From Tubulanus polymorphus (lineage: Eukaryota > Animalia > Nemertea): a stretch of 64,000 nt of DNA. Made by a program: the position numbers and the translations under genes. Shown here piece after piece: positions 15,601 through 27,175 of the stretch. Where the stretch lies: NCBI RefSeq assembly GCF_964204645.1, contig NC_134031.1, forward strand, positions 8,742,001 to 8,806,000. Direction: 5' to 3'. The notes under the pieces were generated by a model. The model saw nothing but the letters and a program-made list of their open reading frames with translations, did no database searches and was not told the origin of the DNA. How positions within the stretch are numbered: the stretch's first letter is position 1; every line of letters begins with the position of its first letter.

Positions 15601-18600
15601 TATCGACACTTGCAGTTTTTTGTTTCAACGAACTTAGTTGGTTTGAGAAGAAGCTTTTCTATGAAGATTGAACACCCCTGACGGACATATGAATGAATCA
15701 ATTACCTTCAACCTCAAAATGATAACGCTTCGCTTGAAATTTAAACATTGCATTTCTTTACCTCTGGCGAACGTAATGAGATCAATATAACAAATTTGTT
15801 GAAGCTATTTCTATCAGCCTTCGGCGAAGAATCTTAATAGACCTATTATCTTTTTCCCAGGGCCTAGTCTGTCAAAGCATTCGAGTTAGAGCAATAAATA
15901 CTTACTTTCATAATGGTCAACATTGAGTGCTGGGGTGAGCAAATTACTTGAGTTGTAAACATCAGATGAATGCAATGTGCACTCAAATTCTTTCGAATTG
16001 AAATCTACTGAATGGCAATAGAAGGAAACTTCGGCTTCACATTCCGCTATACAACTGGGCAGCGATAAGATGTCCTTTAGTACCCTGTTGACATATGTTA
16101 CCCGCGTAGTTCTGAGTTTCTTCAATGGGATAACCAACCATCGTAGTCCTATCCCTATAATATCAAATATAATGACTAGGGGTTCAGGGAAAGCATATCC
16201 ACTTGGTGAAATGCTCGACAATCTGACACCTTTAGTATCCAATGGCCCTCTAGTTTTAACCAATGCGGTAATCGATGGGGTTGAAACTCACCACAATCAT
16301 TGAATATGTCGTGAATATTTTGCAATTGATTGAGACATGGACGTATAAACTAAATTATACGTCCATGATTGAGGTTACAAAATGTTAACAGGCACCAACG
16401 TATGGAAATATATAAGCCTGCCACAATATTCTACTATTCAATGGTGAACATAGAAACCACCTTGAAACTCACCACAATCATAGATCATGTTATGGGCTAC
16501 TAATTTGCAATTGATTATGGTTTATAAAACATGCCCAGATATAAAATATGGAAATACCATCTTCCTCTCCCCAAAAGAAATTTGAATTTTTCAGCTATCT
16601 CGGATGACGCCACCTCCAAACACCATGTTGACAGGTGACATGCATGAAGTCATTTCCAGCGCACTCTTGGTGACCCAGTTCCAAAGGGCACTAGGATTGC
16701 TGTTTTCATATAGGTCATAAGGGTTGATTTCAAGAAGGGTTGGCAATATCCCCTTCATCGTTCCACTGTCTATTCTGATATCTGTGGTCCCTATAACCTA
16801 CGGTTTCACGTATGTATTTATGTAACAAAGCATCTGACATCAGAACATTGCAGAAAAAAATCAATGCAGGAGATTTGGGGTATCACATACCGGCCAATTT
16901 AATTCAATTGATACCTTGAAAAAAAACTAAATCAATAGCTGGAGTAAATATAGTCTAACAATATACCTTGACAAATTCTGCATTCGCATCCAACGCACCC
17001 CCTGGGCACGGGCCTGAAATTAGGTCAGCATAAAGAGACACCCACGGCCTGGCTGACAACAGACTATCTGTTACGTTTCCTCTTGAACATCCCGAAATGG
17101 AATACAGAGTAATTGACAGCTGAAGTCCAAAGCAGTTTCTGTCTTCGTTTTTCGAAAAGTGCACCTCAAGACTTGACACAGGGGTCCCAACCTACCGAAC
17201 ACTCCCTAGATCCGCCCTTTAAAGTGAATGCAAGATACCCCGAGTCCCAAGTGTCAGAATTCAGACCCTTTTGGCACAAAAAGTGGCCTCCTTGTGTTGA
17301 TGATGTGCCTTGGAATACATTCACAAGCAAAACGTCAGGACAATTGAGCAAAGTATCTTTAATGTCCCTTTAAAGCCTAAAATGAATGTTTGAAAGTGCT
17401 GATTGTGGCGATAATAGCAACAACCGCCAATCGGCCATCTTGATTCCGAGCGGGCCATCTTTCGGCTGTATTTAAGTCTAGGATATCATTGATTCAAAAA
17501 TAAACCAAATATCAAGACAATCCGATGGACGACAATGAACGCAATAACCCTGTCCTTAACACCAAGTGGACCGATAAGTATGATATCAGTATTAACTATG
17601 TCGAAAATAACTCGTACCAAAATAACCTTTTCATGTCTCAAGCAATTGGCAACTTACTGCTAGCGTGTTTCGTATCTTTAGTTGCATTGACGAGTTCATC
17701 GGTCGGGGCATTTGCGTTGATGTTGTGAAGAGTGCACTTTTCCACCGAATGGTCATAATCGAAAGAGCGACAATTATAACCAGTTTCCATAATACATCGT
17801 TTAGCACAGTTCACCAAACTCAAATTGGGTAAAATCACTGGTGATCGGGATTCCAATTCCATATTTGCTACTTTCCGAAATATATTTCGGAAAATGTCTC
17901 CAAAATCATTAATGGCGTATCCTATAAAAAAGCAACAAAATACAACTTGCTCTATTGATCATCGTCATATTTTCAAACTTATTGTTATGTGTTTAGCTAT
18001 GTTTCTTTTGAAGATAAGTTTCATTTCTATACATCGAGCTAATTTTGATATCATCTAACAAAAAATAGATCAATCGAGCGCTGCGGAAAAGCCAAATGAC
18101 ATTGGAATGCTAATGTTTCGATTTGTTTTTGTATTTCTGATGATAAAAATACGTAGGCCTTACGTATACACATTAGACATTTTAGGTGATTCTGTTGGCA
18201 TCCTGTTTTGATAAATCAAATATAACCACAGGTAACCCATATTTTCACCATATAGCCATTAGCTAGACTAAAACCTTCTATCATACCAGAGGAAAAACAC
18301 CTAAAAACTTATCACCAAAAATGAAAGCCACCCGCACATTATCAGCTGTATTGTAAACTACAGCAATGTTAAAGAATGGAATTTGATGTTTGTACAATAT
18401 AGACATATATGATTTGTTTTTACTGCTGCATCATTACCATATGATCTTTGATTTGTTTCAAGTACCTTGATACTTTCCTAGAACGCTTTTTACGTTACAA
18501 AAAGCTACACATAATGCACACTTATAGGTAATTACTTTGCTAAAAACACTTCAACAATTATGTGTCGGTATTCGAGTGGCCGTAGGATATTTGGGGAAGC

Positions 18601-19179
18601 AAATTATGACACATAAGTAGGCGAATTTCATCGGTGAATCCGTTGCGTTTAATGTGTCATTAAACGCGATGAGAACTTCAAAAGTCGGCGAATCGATTCC
18701 CATGAATCAAGCGTGTTTGAAGTCATCGCCAAATTTTGGTAGCCGATTGCTAATTTCGCTGAATGTGGAATTTCGAATAAATTCGGCGGAAAGATATCAG
18801 ATTACAGTACATGGGGTAAAAGCTAAATGAATGTATTATTCACCGCCCGGGATAATTTTTCTGCATCGATGTTCGTTTGTTCCAAACTTTTTCACGGTAC
18901 GTTCATCGCTATCAGAACGCAATGTATGAACAGCAAATTGTTTATTTTGTCAATACATTATACGAACGCACATATAGGGCCTACCGCCTTACCTTAAATA
19001 TATATTTCTGATGTCGTGAAACCTCAAAATTCTGAAACTTTTCTTTATGAAAACCCATACTCACACGTAAAAAGCCTCACGTAAAACCTGAAAATATAAG
19101 GAACGCGTGCAAAAGGGTACATACCTGGTGAAGTGAGACAAAGAATTATGAAAAACGGTCGAATTGCGAAATAGTCCAT
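691..19179 (-). CDS. Multi-exon type I membrane protein: signal peptide, 5 PAN/apple domains, 2 CUB domains, TM, short tail (about 783 aa as modelled)
   Basis: Manually built phase-compatible GT-AG exon chain: 19179-19125 (MDYFAIRPFFIILCLTSP), 17921-17658 (PAN, CAKRC..CRSFDY..C), 16154-15906 (PAN), 10871-10800 (linker), 9944-9687 (PAN), 8386-8132 (PAN), 8025-7880 + 2806-2698 (split PAN), 2589-2477 + 2395-2158 (CUB, CGG..FASPNWPREY..CTW..GFRA), 2082-1693 (CUB, FASPNWP..CQWLI..GRFCG..GFHA), 1128-978 (TM VAIVLGVFLFFFMIITFILCI followed by RR), 742-691. The first, linker and last exons are the least certain. Confidence 0.8.
4766..5099. mobile_element. Foldback/MITE-like element with about 45-bp terminal inverted repeats (TIRs) and internal palindromic TCTCGCGCGAGA units
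   Basis: TATGGTGGCTGATTCGGGCCATGCTAAAAAAATTTTCTGTACGGCTA at 4766 is mirrored by TAGCCGTACAGAAAATTTTTTTAGTATGGCCCGAATCAGCCACCATA ending at 5099. A related inverted pair spans 5292-5461. Confidence 0.65.
11283..11367. mobile_element. Tiny Tc1/mariner-pogo-type MITE remnant
   Basis: CAGTGGAACCTCGTT...AACGAGGTTCCACTG inverted ends, followed by TA on the right. Confidence 0.5.
11800..12350 (-). repeat. Copy of the dispersed HINE/Helentron-like repeat family
   Basis: Reverse complement of the terminus CCCAAGTGGGCATGGTGTCCCTGGACCCCTAGTT and internal CCCCTGGTGACCATATAC...ATGACCTTGAAACTCA units also seen at about 1-600, 1150-1640, 16260-16560, 42630-43865 and 52600-54571. Confidence 0.65.
12355..12900. 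repeat. Dispersed repeat with an inverted homologue at about 39710-40365
   Basis: GAGCCCCAAGGGG...TTTCATAAAATGGCAAATGATG...CACTCCCAGCTCAGAGTCAATACCTA...TTCCCCGGACTTTGCA-like blocks occur as reverse complements in 39710-40365. Confidence 0.65.
13300..13880 (-). repeat. HINE/Helentron-like element, 5' end in reverse orientation
   Basis: GGACGGACGACGGACG microsatellite followed by the TAGCCCACTGAGACCAAAGTCCCAAGTGGGCTAAAAA hairpin; the body matches 42630-43150. Confidence 0.6.
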
Positions 19180-20866
19180 ATTTCAATCAATATGATGCAT
19201 TTGTACGCATAAAACCTGACTGTAGTATGATTGTGTGTGCGTGTGTGTTTACGATAACGATGTTTTATATTGTTTCCGGCTACCGTACCTAACGAGAGCA
19301 AGCAAGTGACCCAAATTTTAAATTTCTATCCATTCTTTCTCGCCCGATTCCCTCAGATACGAAGACTATCGGGCCGATGGCTCAATATCATTGTCGGGAT
19401 ATTCCCCATATTTCTACATAAGGACCATGCATGTACATACCACAGAGCACAAAATTACAACTCAAAAAGTACAGTTATGCGCAATGGTATTTACAAATTG
19501 CGATGTATCTACATTGTGTACGAGGCGTTTTTGTGAAAAAACGTGAATGATCTCAGTGAAGGGCCTTGGAAATTTTTGTTTTCTTGGTATAGATCGAAAG
19601 AAAATACAGGTTTGAGGCATAACTTCGGGCTCACGTGTTTGGAAACATTTTCGCCTTGGGGCAATTCTAACGGTCGTTTCCATATGTAGTGTCTAATGGG
19701 GTCTACCCCTAGCTGTACTGTGTCATATCTAGAAGAGCTTTGGATATATACTTTGATCCAGTAATTGAATACATTTGTGCCCGATGATAAGATAGGAATT
19801 TAAAACGTAGCCTAGTTCAGTATCCAAAAAACAGTAAATTTCTTCCTTTTTAGAAATGCACGCCAATTACATGCCCGGGCTACCCACGGGTTTTTAAGTA
19901 AGGGGTTCCCACTGAAAAGGCTGGGCACAGCTTTAAAAAGTGATTATTTCACATATGCCTACAAAAAGCATAATAATATTCCTCCCAATGTCAAATGAAG
20001 GAAAATGGACTAGGTCTGATATTCGAAACATTGACTTTGAGATGAATATTCCTCCAAACCTCTATCGCGATATAATATTGATGATACGGGTGTAACTGTT
20101 TTTAGAAAATAGTATACTATAGCGACAATCAGACACATTTAGACAATTTGAGTGATATGATACACGGTATTTGAGGGTCTGCGACAATTTTAGAAAGTTA
20201 AATAGTTGTTGTACAGGTTCTAATACTGAGCCTAATATGTCTTCACAGCAATTGGTTGTTAGAATGCATCTTCCTTTTTCTTGACTTGATCTTGAGTCTT
20301 TGACGGCTGGTTGAAATTTTGTTTCTTGATTGATTAACGCTGGGAGGTCTAGATCAAATTATATGGTTAATCAAATCAATTATTTTTCAACCGCAAATTA
20401 ACATTTGATATTGATATTAATAATCAATATTACTTTTTTATATAGCGCAATCATTGTAATCATTGCACTTTACATGAGTATAATATTAACACGAGCTGAA
20501 GAAATCGTAATTGAAATGCGTGGATGGAAATCAGGTTGAAAGGTATCAGGGGCGGGGAGATCTGACGAAAAGAAATAAACGATAGTCTCACGCCCTACCT
20601 CAGCTTTGTCTACGACGCGCGCATTGCTGGTATTGATTCTCTTGGTAACAGGTAAAAAACCCCGGTAAATATCCGTTAGGTAAATAATCCCCATAATTCA
20701 GTTATAAAGAAGAAAATCAAATTTGTAATGTAATTGTTGGTACGTATCAAATTTGAATTAACAGAAGACTCCTCTAACCGGAATATCGTTTGCGATTCAC
20801 TTCAGCATCGGTTGGCATTGAAGTGATAATTTCTTGAATAGGATTGGTCGGTCTGCTCCGTCAGCC

Positions 20867-23800
20867 ATGTCTAGGCCAAGATCTAAGTCCCTCAAGTCCG
20901 CTTCATCGTACAATCAAAATAGATTAACGCTTGCTTCGCCAAGCAATAGGAAGAGTCGTTCTGTTTTGCCAGGACTGAAAACTAAGTCATTCAACCCCCC
21001 CTAATGCAGAGTCTACGAACTCTATCGGGCAAGAAGGTAGTAACTCACCAGTGCCAGAGCCGGGGAGACGGCATCCGCAGTCTAAAAGGAAACTACGATC
21101 AGGCAAAGCCTCGAATGCCCCCGGCCTGAAATTCACCGCCACGTGCAGGGTTTGTGGTAAATGCGTTAGAAATATCATGGCCACAATGATTTCTATAAGA
21201 ATGATATTAGAGAACATGTGTTCAAAGTGTAAATAATTTATCAACAGTTGCAGCCTCTAGGCTGTTTTCCCCTGATGGCCATAATCTTAATCGGTCAACA
21301 ATTGCAGCCTCTAGTAATAATTTGAATCGAATCGACCCAATTTTAGATAGTGTTCTGGCCCAAGTGTTACCCTACTAGTGTACCAAGTTTGAAAACAATC
21401 AGTCGAAAATTGTGGCCTCTAGGCTGTTAAGGTCGTTCTTCATGTCGGCCCCTGGTGGCAATGATTTGAATTGAATCAACCCAATTTTAGATAAGATTCT
21501 GGCCGAAGTGATATGCTACTTGTGTACCAAGTTTGAAATGAATCGGTCACCAATTGCAGCCTCTAGGGTGTTAACGTCGTTTTTCATGTTGGCCCCTGGT
21601 GGCCATAATTTGAATCGAATCAACCCAATTTTAAATAAGGTTCTGGCCCAAGTGATTTCCTACTTGTGTACCAAGTTTGAAATGAATCGGTCAACAATTG
21701 CGGCATCTAGGCTGTTAACGTCAATTTTCATGTCGACCCCTGGTGGCCATAATTTGAATCGAATCAACCCAAGTGATATCCTACTTGTGTACCAAGTTTG
21801 AAAACAATCGGTCAACAATTGCGGCCTCTAGGCTGTAAACGTCACTTGCGGCGGCGGCGGCGGCGGCGTACTCAGACAGGGGTAAATCTATATGCCCCTC
21901 TCAACTAAAGTTGAGCCGGGGGCATATTAAAACGCTACAAAGGTAGGTCTGGGGCCTGTATATCTTCCCTGGTGCAGTCTGGGGTTGAGCAGAAACTAGA
22001 TGATCTGAGATCTTCCCAGGAGGAATCTGTTGAGGGTGTTATTGCCAAGGCATTAGTCCCATTGCAGGGCAATTCTGTGGCCAACAGGTCTCGACCCCGT
22101 CTTTGTCGTGAGGGGGGTTCAAGGGAGTCCTCTCCCGTCGATGATTCTTGTCGTTATCAGTCGGACGTCATCTCAGTATTGGCAGAGGAGGATCTCGAAA
22201 AGGACAGCATTTACGGAGTAAAGGGCAAGGTCATGTTAGTTCGGATCCAATGTCGATCCTCCCCGGGTATCTCACGTCTGGTTAAATCACATCGGAGGAG
22301 GGATTTGTACATCAGTGTTGAGTCCGGGAATTCAATTACCTTCTGCAAATTTTTTGATTACTGAACCCGGTGAGGATGGGAGTGTATCCCAAGACCAAAG
22401 TTTAGTGCCACTCTCTTGGACTCAGACTATGGAATTGGTTTCCAAGTCTCTGGGGATCAAGGTTTAGTCTTCAGAAGAGACGGGAAAATCCCCTGTATTA
22501 GATTCGGCGTTCGCCAACATTTCGTCGATTTCCCGGTCGATCTCGACTGTTGCGGCTTTGCCGGCGCGCGGATGGTCTGATTGACAACCGTTGAGAGAGG
22601 GATAATCAGTCCCTTCTGAAAGTCCCCTTTTTCGACATAGGTCGCCGACGCCAACAGTACCGTTGGCCGGAACCCGACTTTGACAGACGGGGTCGCGTTC
22701 CCTCGGTGGATCAATCGGTTTTTACCTACCTAGGTACAAAGCTGTCCGGATCGGGGTCGCACAGACCTCGCACTTTGTTTCCGGCAGAACATTGAGCGGA
22801 GATAGCACTTGCGTCAGTTGATCAAGTGTTGAGATCACAGCAGCTATTATACGTCCTACTGCCTGGTAGCATTGCGTTAAGCCCTCACTACAGAGGGCGA
22901 CGCTTCAGAGGAGGACATAGCGGCACTCCTCAGGTCGTTCGACCGCCGTACCGTATGCGATAATTGGACGCTTTCAATTAAGGGATCGGCAAAATGTGTT
23001 CAGGAGCGTAGGGGAAAATATGTTGACGCCCTGAATCTGCCAGATAATCAGATCACGATGCTTTGTTGAAGGTCCCAATCCAAGCGACAGAGTGTCACGT
23101 CTGCCAGAACTCATTTCCGTGGAGGTGTTCAGTCCTTTAGGTGTCAGCGAAATTCAAAATGGGCTGCGTCCGGGAGGGGCCAGATCCCAAAGTAGCAATT
23201 ACAGCTCAAGTCTTCCCCCTTCGTTCCTCCAGTGGGGGGAAGGATAAAGTCCTTTGCCAAAAAATGGAGAAAGATAACAAGGGACAAATTCGTGAGGAAA
23301 GTTGTACAGGAGGCTTATCAGATACCGTTCACCTCACCACCTCCAGTGAGTGGACATTTTTCCCCTAAACCCCCGTTACAGTCGTCCGATCGACATCGGG
23401 CGATGGTGTCAGAACCTTGTTGAGAAAGGCAGCGATCGAGGAACTACCGCAGGTAGATGTAAGTCATGGATTCTATTCAAATCTGTTCCTGGTACCAAAG
23501 TAATCAGGGGGTTTTCGTCCAGTACTGAACCTAAGAAATCTCAATCAGTATAGTCCCGATCAGCATTTTCGAATGCAAATGTTAAGATCAGTTCTACGAA
23601 CGGTGCGGCCAGGCGAATGGCTCGCTTCTTTGGATCTAGCAGATGCATATTTTCACATATTTCACTTTCTCGTTTTCGGCCTGAAGCCAGCGCTTAGGGT
23701 TTTCACCAACACAGCGACAGGAGAAACTATTGAGAGTGATTCACCTAGCTACAGAAACTAGGGTTTGGAGCTACACTGGACCTCAGGCAAGGGTTGGCTT

Positions 23801-26020
23801 TACCTTCCAGAGAGAGGGCAGAAGCCCTGGAAAAAAACTTGCTTCAGTTGATGTCATGAGAAAGAGTACTGGTCCGAGTGATGGGCATGATGTCATCTTG
23901 TATAGGTGTCACCCCCCTAGCGCGGCTACAGTTGCGTCCGATTCAACTGTATCTTCTCTCCCATTGGAACTCAGTTCTCCAACCATTCAATCTGCAGATT
24001 GTTCTGGACAGGGAAATTAGGGATCACCTCATGTGGTTGACAGATTTGGGCAATATTCTCAGCGGAATGAAGATCATTCAGCCGTTTGCGACAGACGCAT
24101 CATTGGAGGGGTGGGGAGCCCTCATAGAAGGAAGTTGTCTATCGGGAGTGTGGTCAGAGGAGAAGACCCGATATCACATAAACTGACTAAAGGCAGCTTT
24201 TTGGTTCTGAGTGAATTTCGGGACAGAGTCGGGAACAAACAGGTGCTCCTTCTGACAGACAACACAACAGTAGCATCTTATGTCATAAAAGGAAGGGGAC
24301 TCACTCCAATGATCTTTGCTTGTTGACACACAGGCTCCAACTGTGGTGTCATCAAGAGAAAGTAGGGCTGACGGCCCGTCACATAGCAGGGACAAAGAAC
24401 ATTGTACCCGATGGCCGGTCCAGGAAGGATAAGATCTTTCCGACAGAGTGGACGCTCAACCGAGGGGTCTGGGTTTAGTTTTTCAACTAGATAAAATCTT
24501 TCTATGTGGTCGGGTCTACAATTTTGATCGTTTACACTCAGTGACAGTTACGAACTATACCATTCAACACCAGGCCACTGCCACGGGAGAACGCAAATTC
24601 ATTCTTTCTTTTAACAAACTCAGGAAAACGCAACAAATTTCAGACTGACTAAGCAAGTTACAAAGCTATCTTATGTCAAATAACAGAGAAAAATGAAGTG
24701 CAAGTCGAACCACTAAAACATCGTCGCAAAATCCCGACAACAAAAATGGGACAGGCCTCTCATAGACTTATCCGCGGCAAGTCTCAACCATCAATTTCCG
24801 ACGTACGTCGCGCCATAGCCGGGTCTGGGCAGTGGATGCCTTATCAATCCCTTGGGGAGGTCTACTGAGGTACGCATTTCCACCTATAGCCCTTGTCAAG
24901 AGGGTAATTCGGAAGGTTCAGGAGGACGATTGTATTCTGATTCTGGTGGCTCCGTGGTGGCTTCGACAGCCGTGGTTTTCGGAGATTCTGGATCTGCTGG
25001 TGGACTCGCCTCTCCTCCTTCCAAACAGATCAGATCTTTTGTATCAGCCTCACAATCGTTGGTGGCACCCCAATCCGGATGTCCTGAAGCTAACTGTCTT
25101 CAAATCATCCAGTCGCGTTGGGGTTGAGGCAGGGATTTCTAGCTAGGTTGCTAAGAGAGCAGCAGAAGCGAGACTACCAGGGATGCACATGAAGCCAGAA
25201 TTCGTATTTTCTTTGAGTGGTGTCGGCAGCACAATTTGGTCCCGCTGCAAGCTATTTTAGCTCAAGTGGCCTCCTGTTTCGAAGGATTGTTCGAGAAAGG
25301 TCTACAGGTTCGCACAATAACGGGCTATAGGACGGCAATTTCTGTTGTTCATCCAGGCTGGGGTGGGTGGTCGGTTGGAAGACATCCTTTCATGTCTCAA
25401 ATGATGAAAGCGTTCTTTGTAGCTAGGCCCCGCGACGGACGTTAGTACCAGCTTGGAATATCCCTCTAGTGTCGATGAAGTTATGTCTTTTCCCTTTTAA
25501 CCGCTGGCTTAGGCGGATATCAGAGCGTCCCGGTTAGAGTCAGTTGTTTCTTTCGTACACGAAAGGTAGAGTGAACCCCTGTGTCAAGGATACTCTCAGT
25601 CGGTGGATAGTGGATACTATTCATTGGGCCTATTCCAAGTCATCCCTTAAAGAGAGAATAAAATGCAGGGCTCATGATGTCAGAGGTTTATCCAAATCAT
25701 GGGCGTTGGCTGCGTCAGTACCGCTGGATGATATTATAGGGGTGGCTTACTGGAACGCGGAATCTACGTTTACGGCATTTTACATGAGGGATGTGGGAAG
25801 TCAGAGGAATCACTTCGCTCTAAGGCGGCGGCGCTTTCCTCTGGCGGATCTTAGTTGATTTGTATTGATTTGGAGAGGGTTTGTTTGTTTTGTACATAGT
25901 GTTATTACTTTTCCCTCCTCCAATCGAACTTCAGTATTTCTAACTCATTGGTAATTCTAGCTGGTAAGGTAGCTACCCAGTGGATAAATTTCCCCAAGTG
26001 AAAATATTATCCACTAGTAG
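20867..26020 (+). mobile_element. Degenerate DIRS1-type tyrosine-recombinase retrotransposon (gag-like, RT, RNase H, adenine methyltransferase-like, YR)
   Basis: Fragmented ORFs in DIRS order. RT: GGRIKSFAKKWRKIT (23232) and GEWLASLDLADAYFHI (23573 ORF). RNase H: TDASLEGWGA and LLTDNTTVASY. MT: YAFPPIALVKRVIRKV..ILVAPWW..QPWF (24832). Integrase N-terminal: TITGYRTAIS. YR: TLSRWI..RAHDVRG..W..ESTFTAFY (25544). Many stops, frameshifts and deletions; the ends are approximate. Confidence 0.9.
21240..21932 (-). mobile_element. HINE/DINE-1-like non-autonomous element with about 150-bp internal tandem repeats, inserted in the DIRS
   Basis: Repeated unit GGCCATAATTTGAATCGAATCAACCCAA...TGTACCAAGTTTGAAA...CAATTGC(A/G)GCCTCTAGG, then (GCG)n, then the hairpin ATATGCCCC..CTCAACT-AA-AGTTGAG..GGGGCATAT. 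Confidence 0.7.
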
Positions 26021-26144
26021 CGTCCCAAGGGGGCTAAACACTTAGATTCAAACAGGTCCAACTTGATGATCTTAACCGCCCAAGAATGCCGTTGGTCCCA
26101 CGTGTCCTTAGCACTATCAGCCTGTTGCTGAATTTGGGCGGAAA

Positions 26145-26370
26145 AATAGCTGAATTATGAGCGAAAATGGGCTGAAAATGAGCTGGAAATGAGCAGAAAA
26201 TTGTCTAGCTGAAAATGAGCTGAAATAAGGGGGAATTTATAAGTGCCTGAAAATTCAGCTAGATTTCAGCTCAAATTACGCCTGGCAACAAAAGGCTGGA
26301 AATGAGCTGAAAATGTGCTGGAATTTCAGTGTCTTCTATTTCAGCTCATTTTCAACTCAAATTCATCCAG
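26145..26370. repeat. Cluster of short direct and inverted AAATGAGCTG / CAGCTCATTT motifs
   Basis: Many imperfect copies are visible in both orientations; they resemble subterminal repeats of a DNA transposon. Confidence 0.5.
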
Positions 26371-27175
26371 AAATCCTGAAAATTTTTTAATCATGTTATC
26401 ACAAACAAAAAAACCTTCACCATCTAAACTTGTGTTTTGATGAAATTCTGCTTGAAAGAGGAATTTTACATAGGAGCCTCATGATTCATTAGGTATGGTA
26501 ATGCCCCATAATTTGATTTGATTTCAGGAGCCTGTCATGGTCAACATCTGCCGAATGCGTACGCAGTAAGAGGACCTGGCCACCACAATTCAATCCCGAC
26601 GAGCTTTGGGAGCATATTAAATGAGATAAATCAGCTGGCACCTTAAGAAAATTACATAGTATGGCAGTACAAAGAGCAACCTTAGTAGTGACATAGGCCT
26701 AGCCTTATAATGTGAATTCTATGTGTGATGATTTAATAAAGATTTTCAAAGTAAAAATTATTCAAGTCTTATTCGGATTTTTAGTCTCGACTGTGGGCAT
26801 TTTTTGGTGGAATGTGAAAACCTTATTGCCAATAATCTTCTGAAACGTAATGGGTAGGGATGAAAATATGTGATGCTACCAAGGGTACTAAGGTTTTTCA
26901 CGAACGCCACGCAACGCAATTTTCATCGCAAATCCTAGAGTACCACCAAATTTGCAAAAATCTCCGTATACACTAAAATCCACGCAAATAAGAGGAGGAA
27001 GAATCCAGCTATAGAGGCGTTTAAGTAATATATTGACGCAATATATCAATCTGCAATTAGGTTTTACTATTGGACTGGTTCCCGTTGCGTAAAAATTGCT
27101 AATCACTATCGCGAATACCACACGCAACGCACACTGATTTTCATCGCAAATGGTCTCGCAAACTTGCGTAACGTT

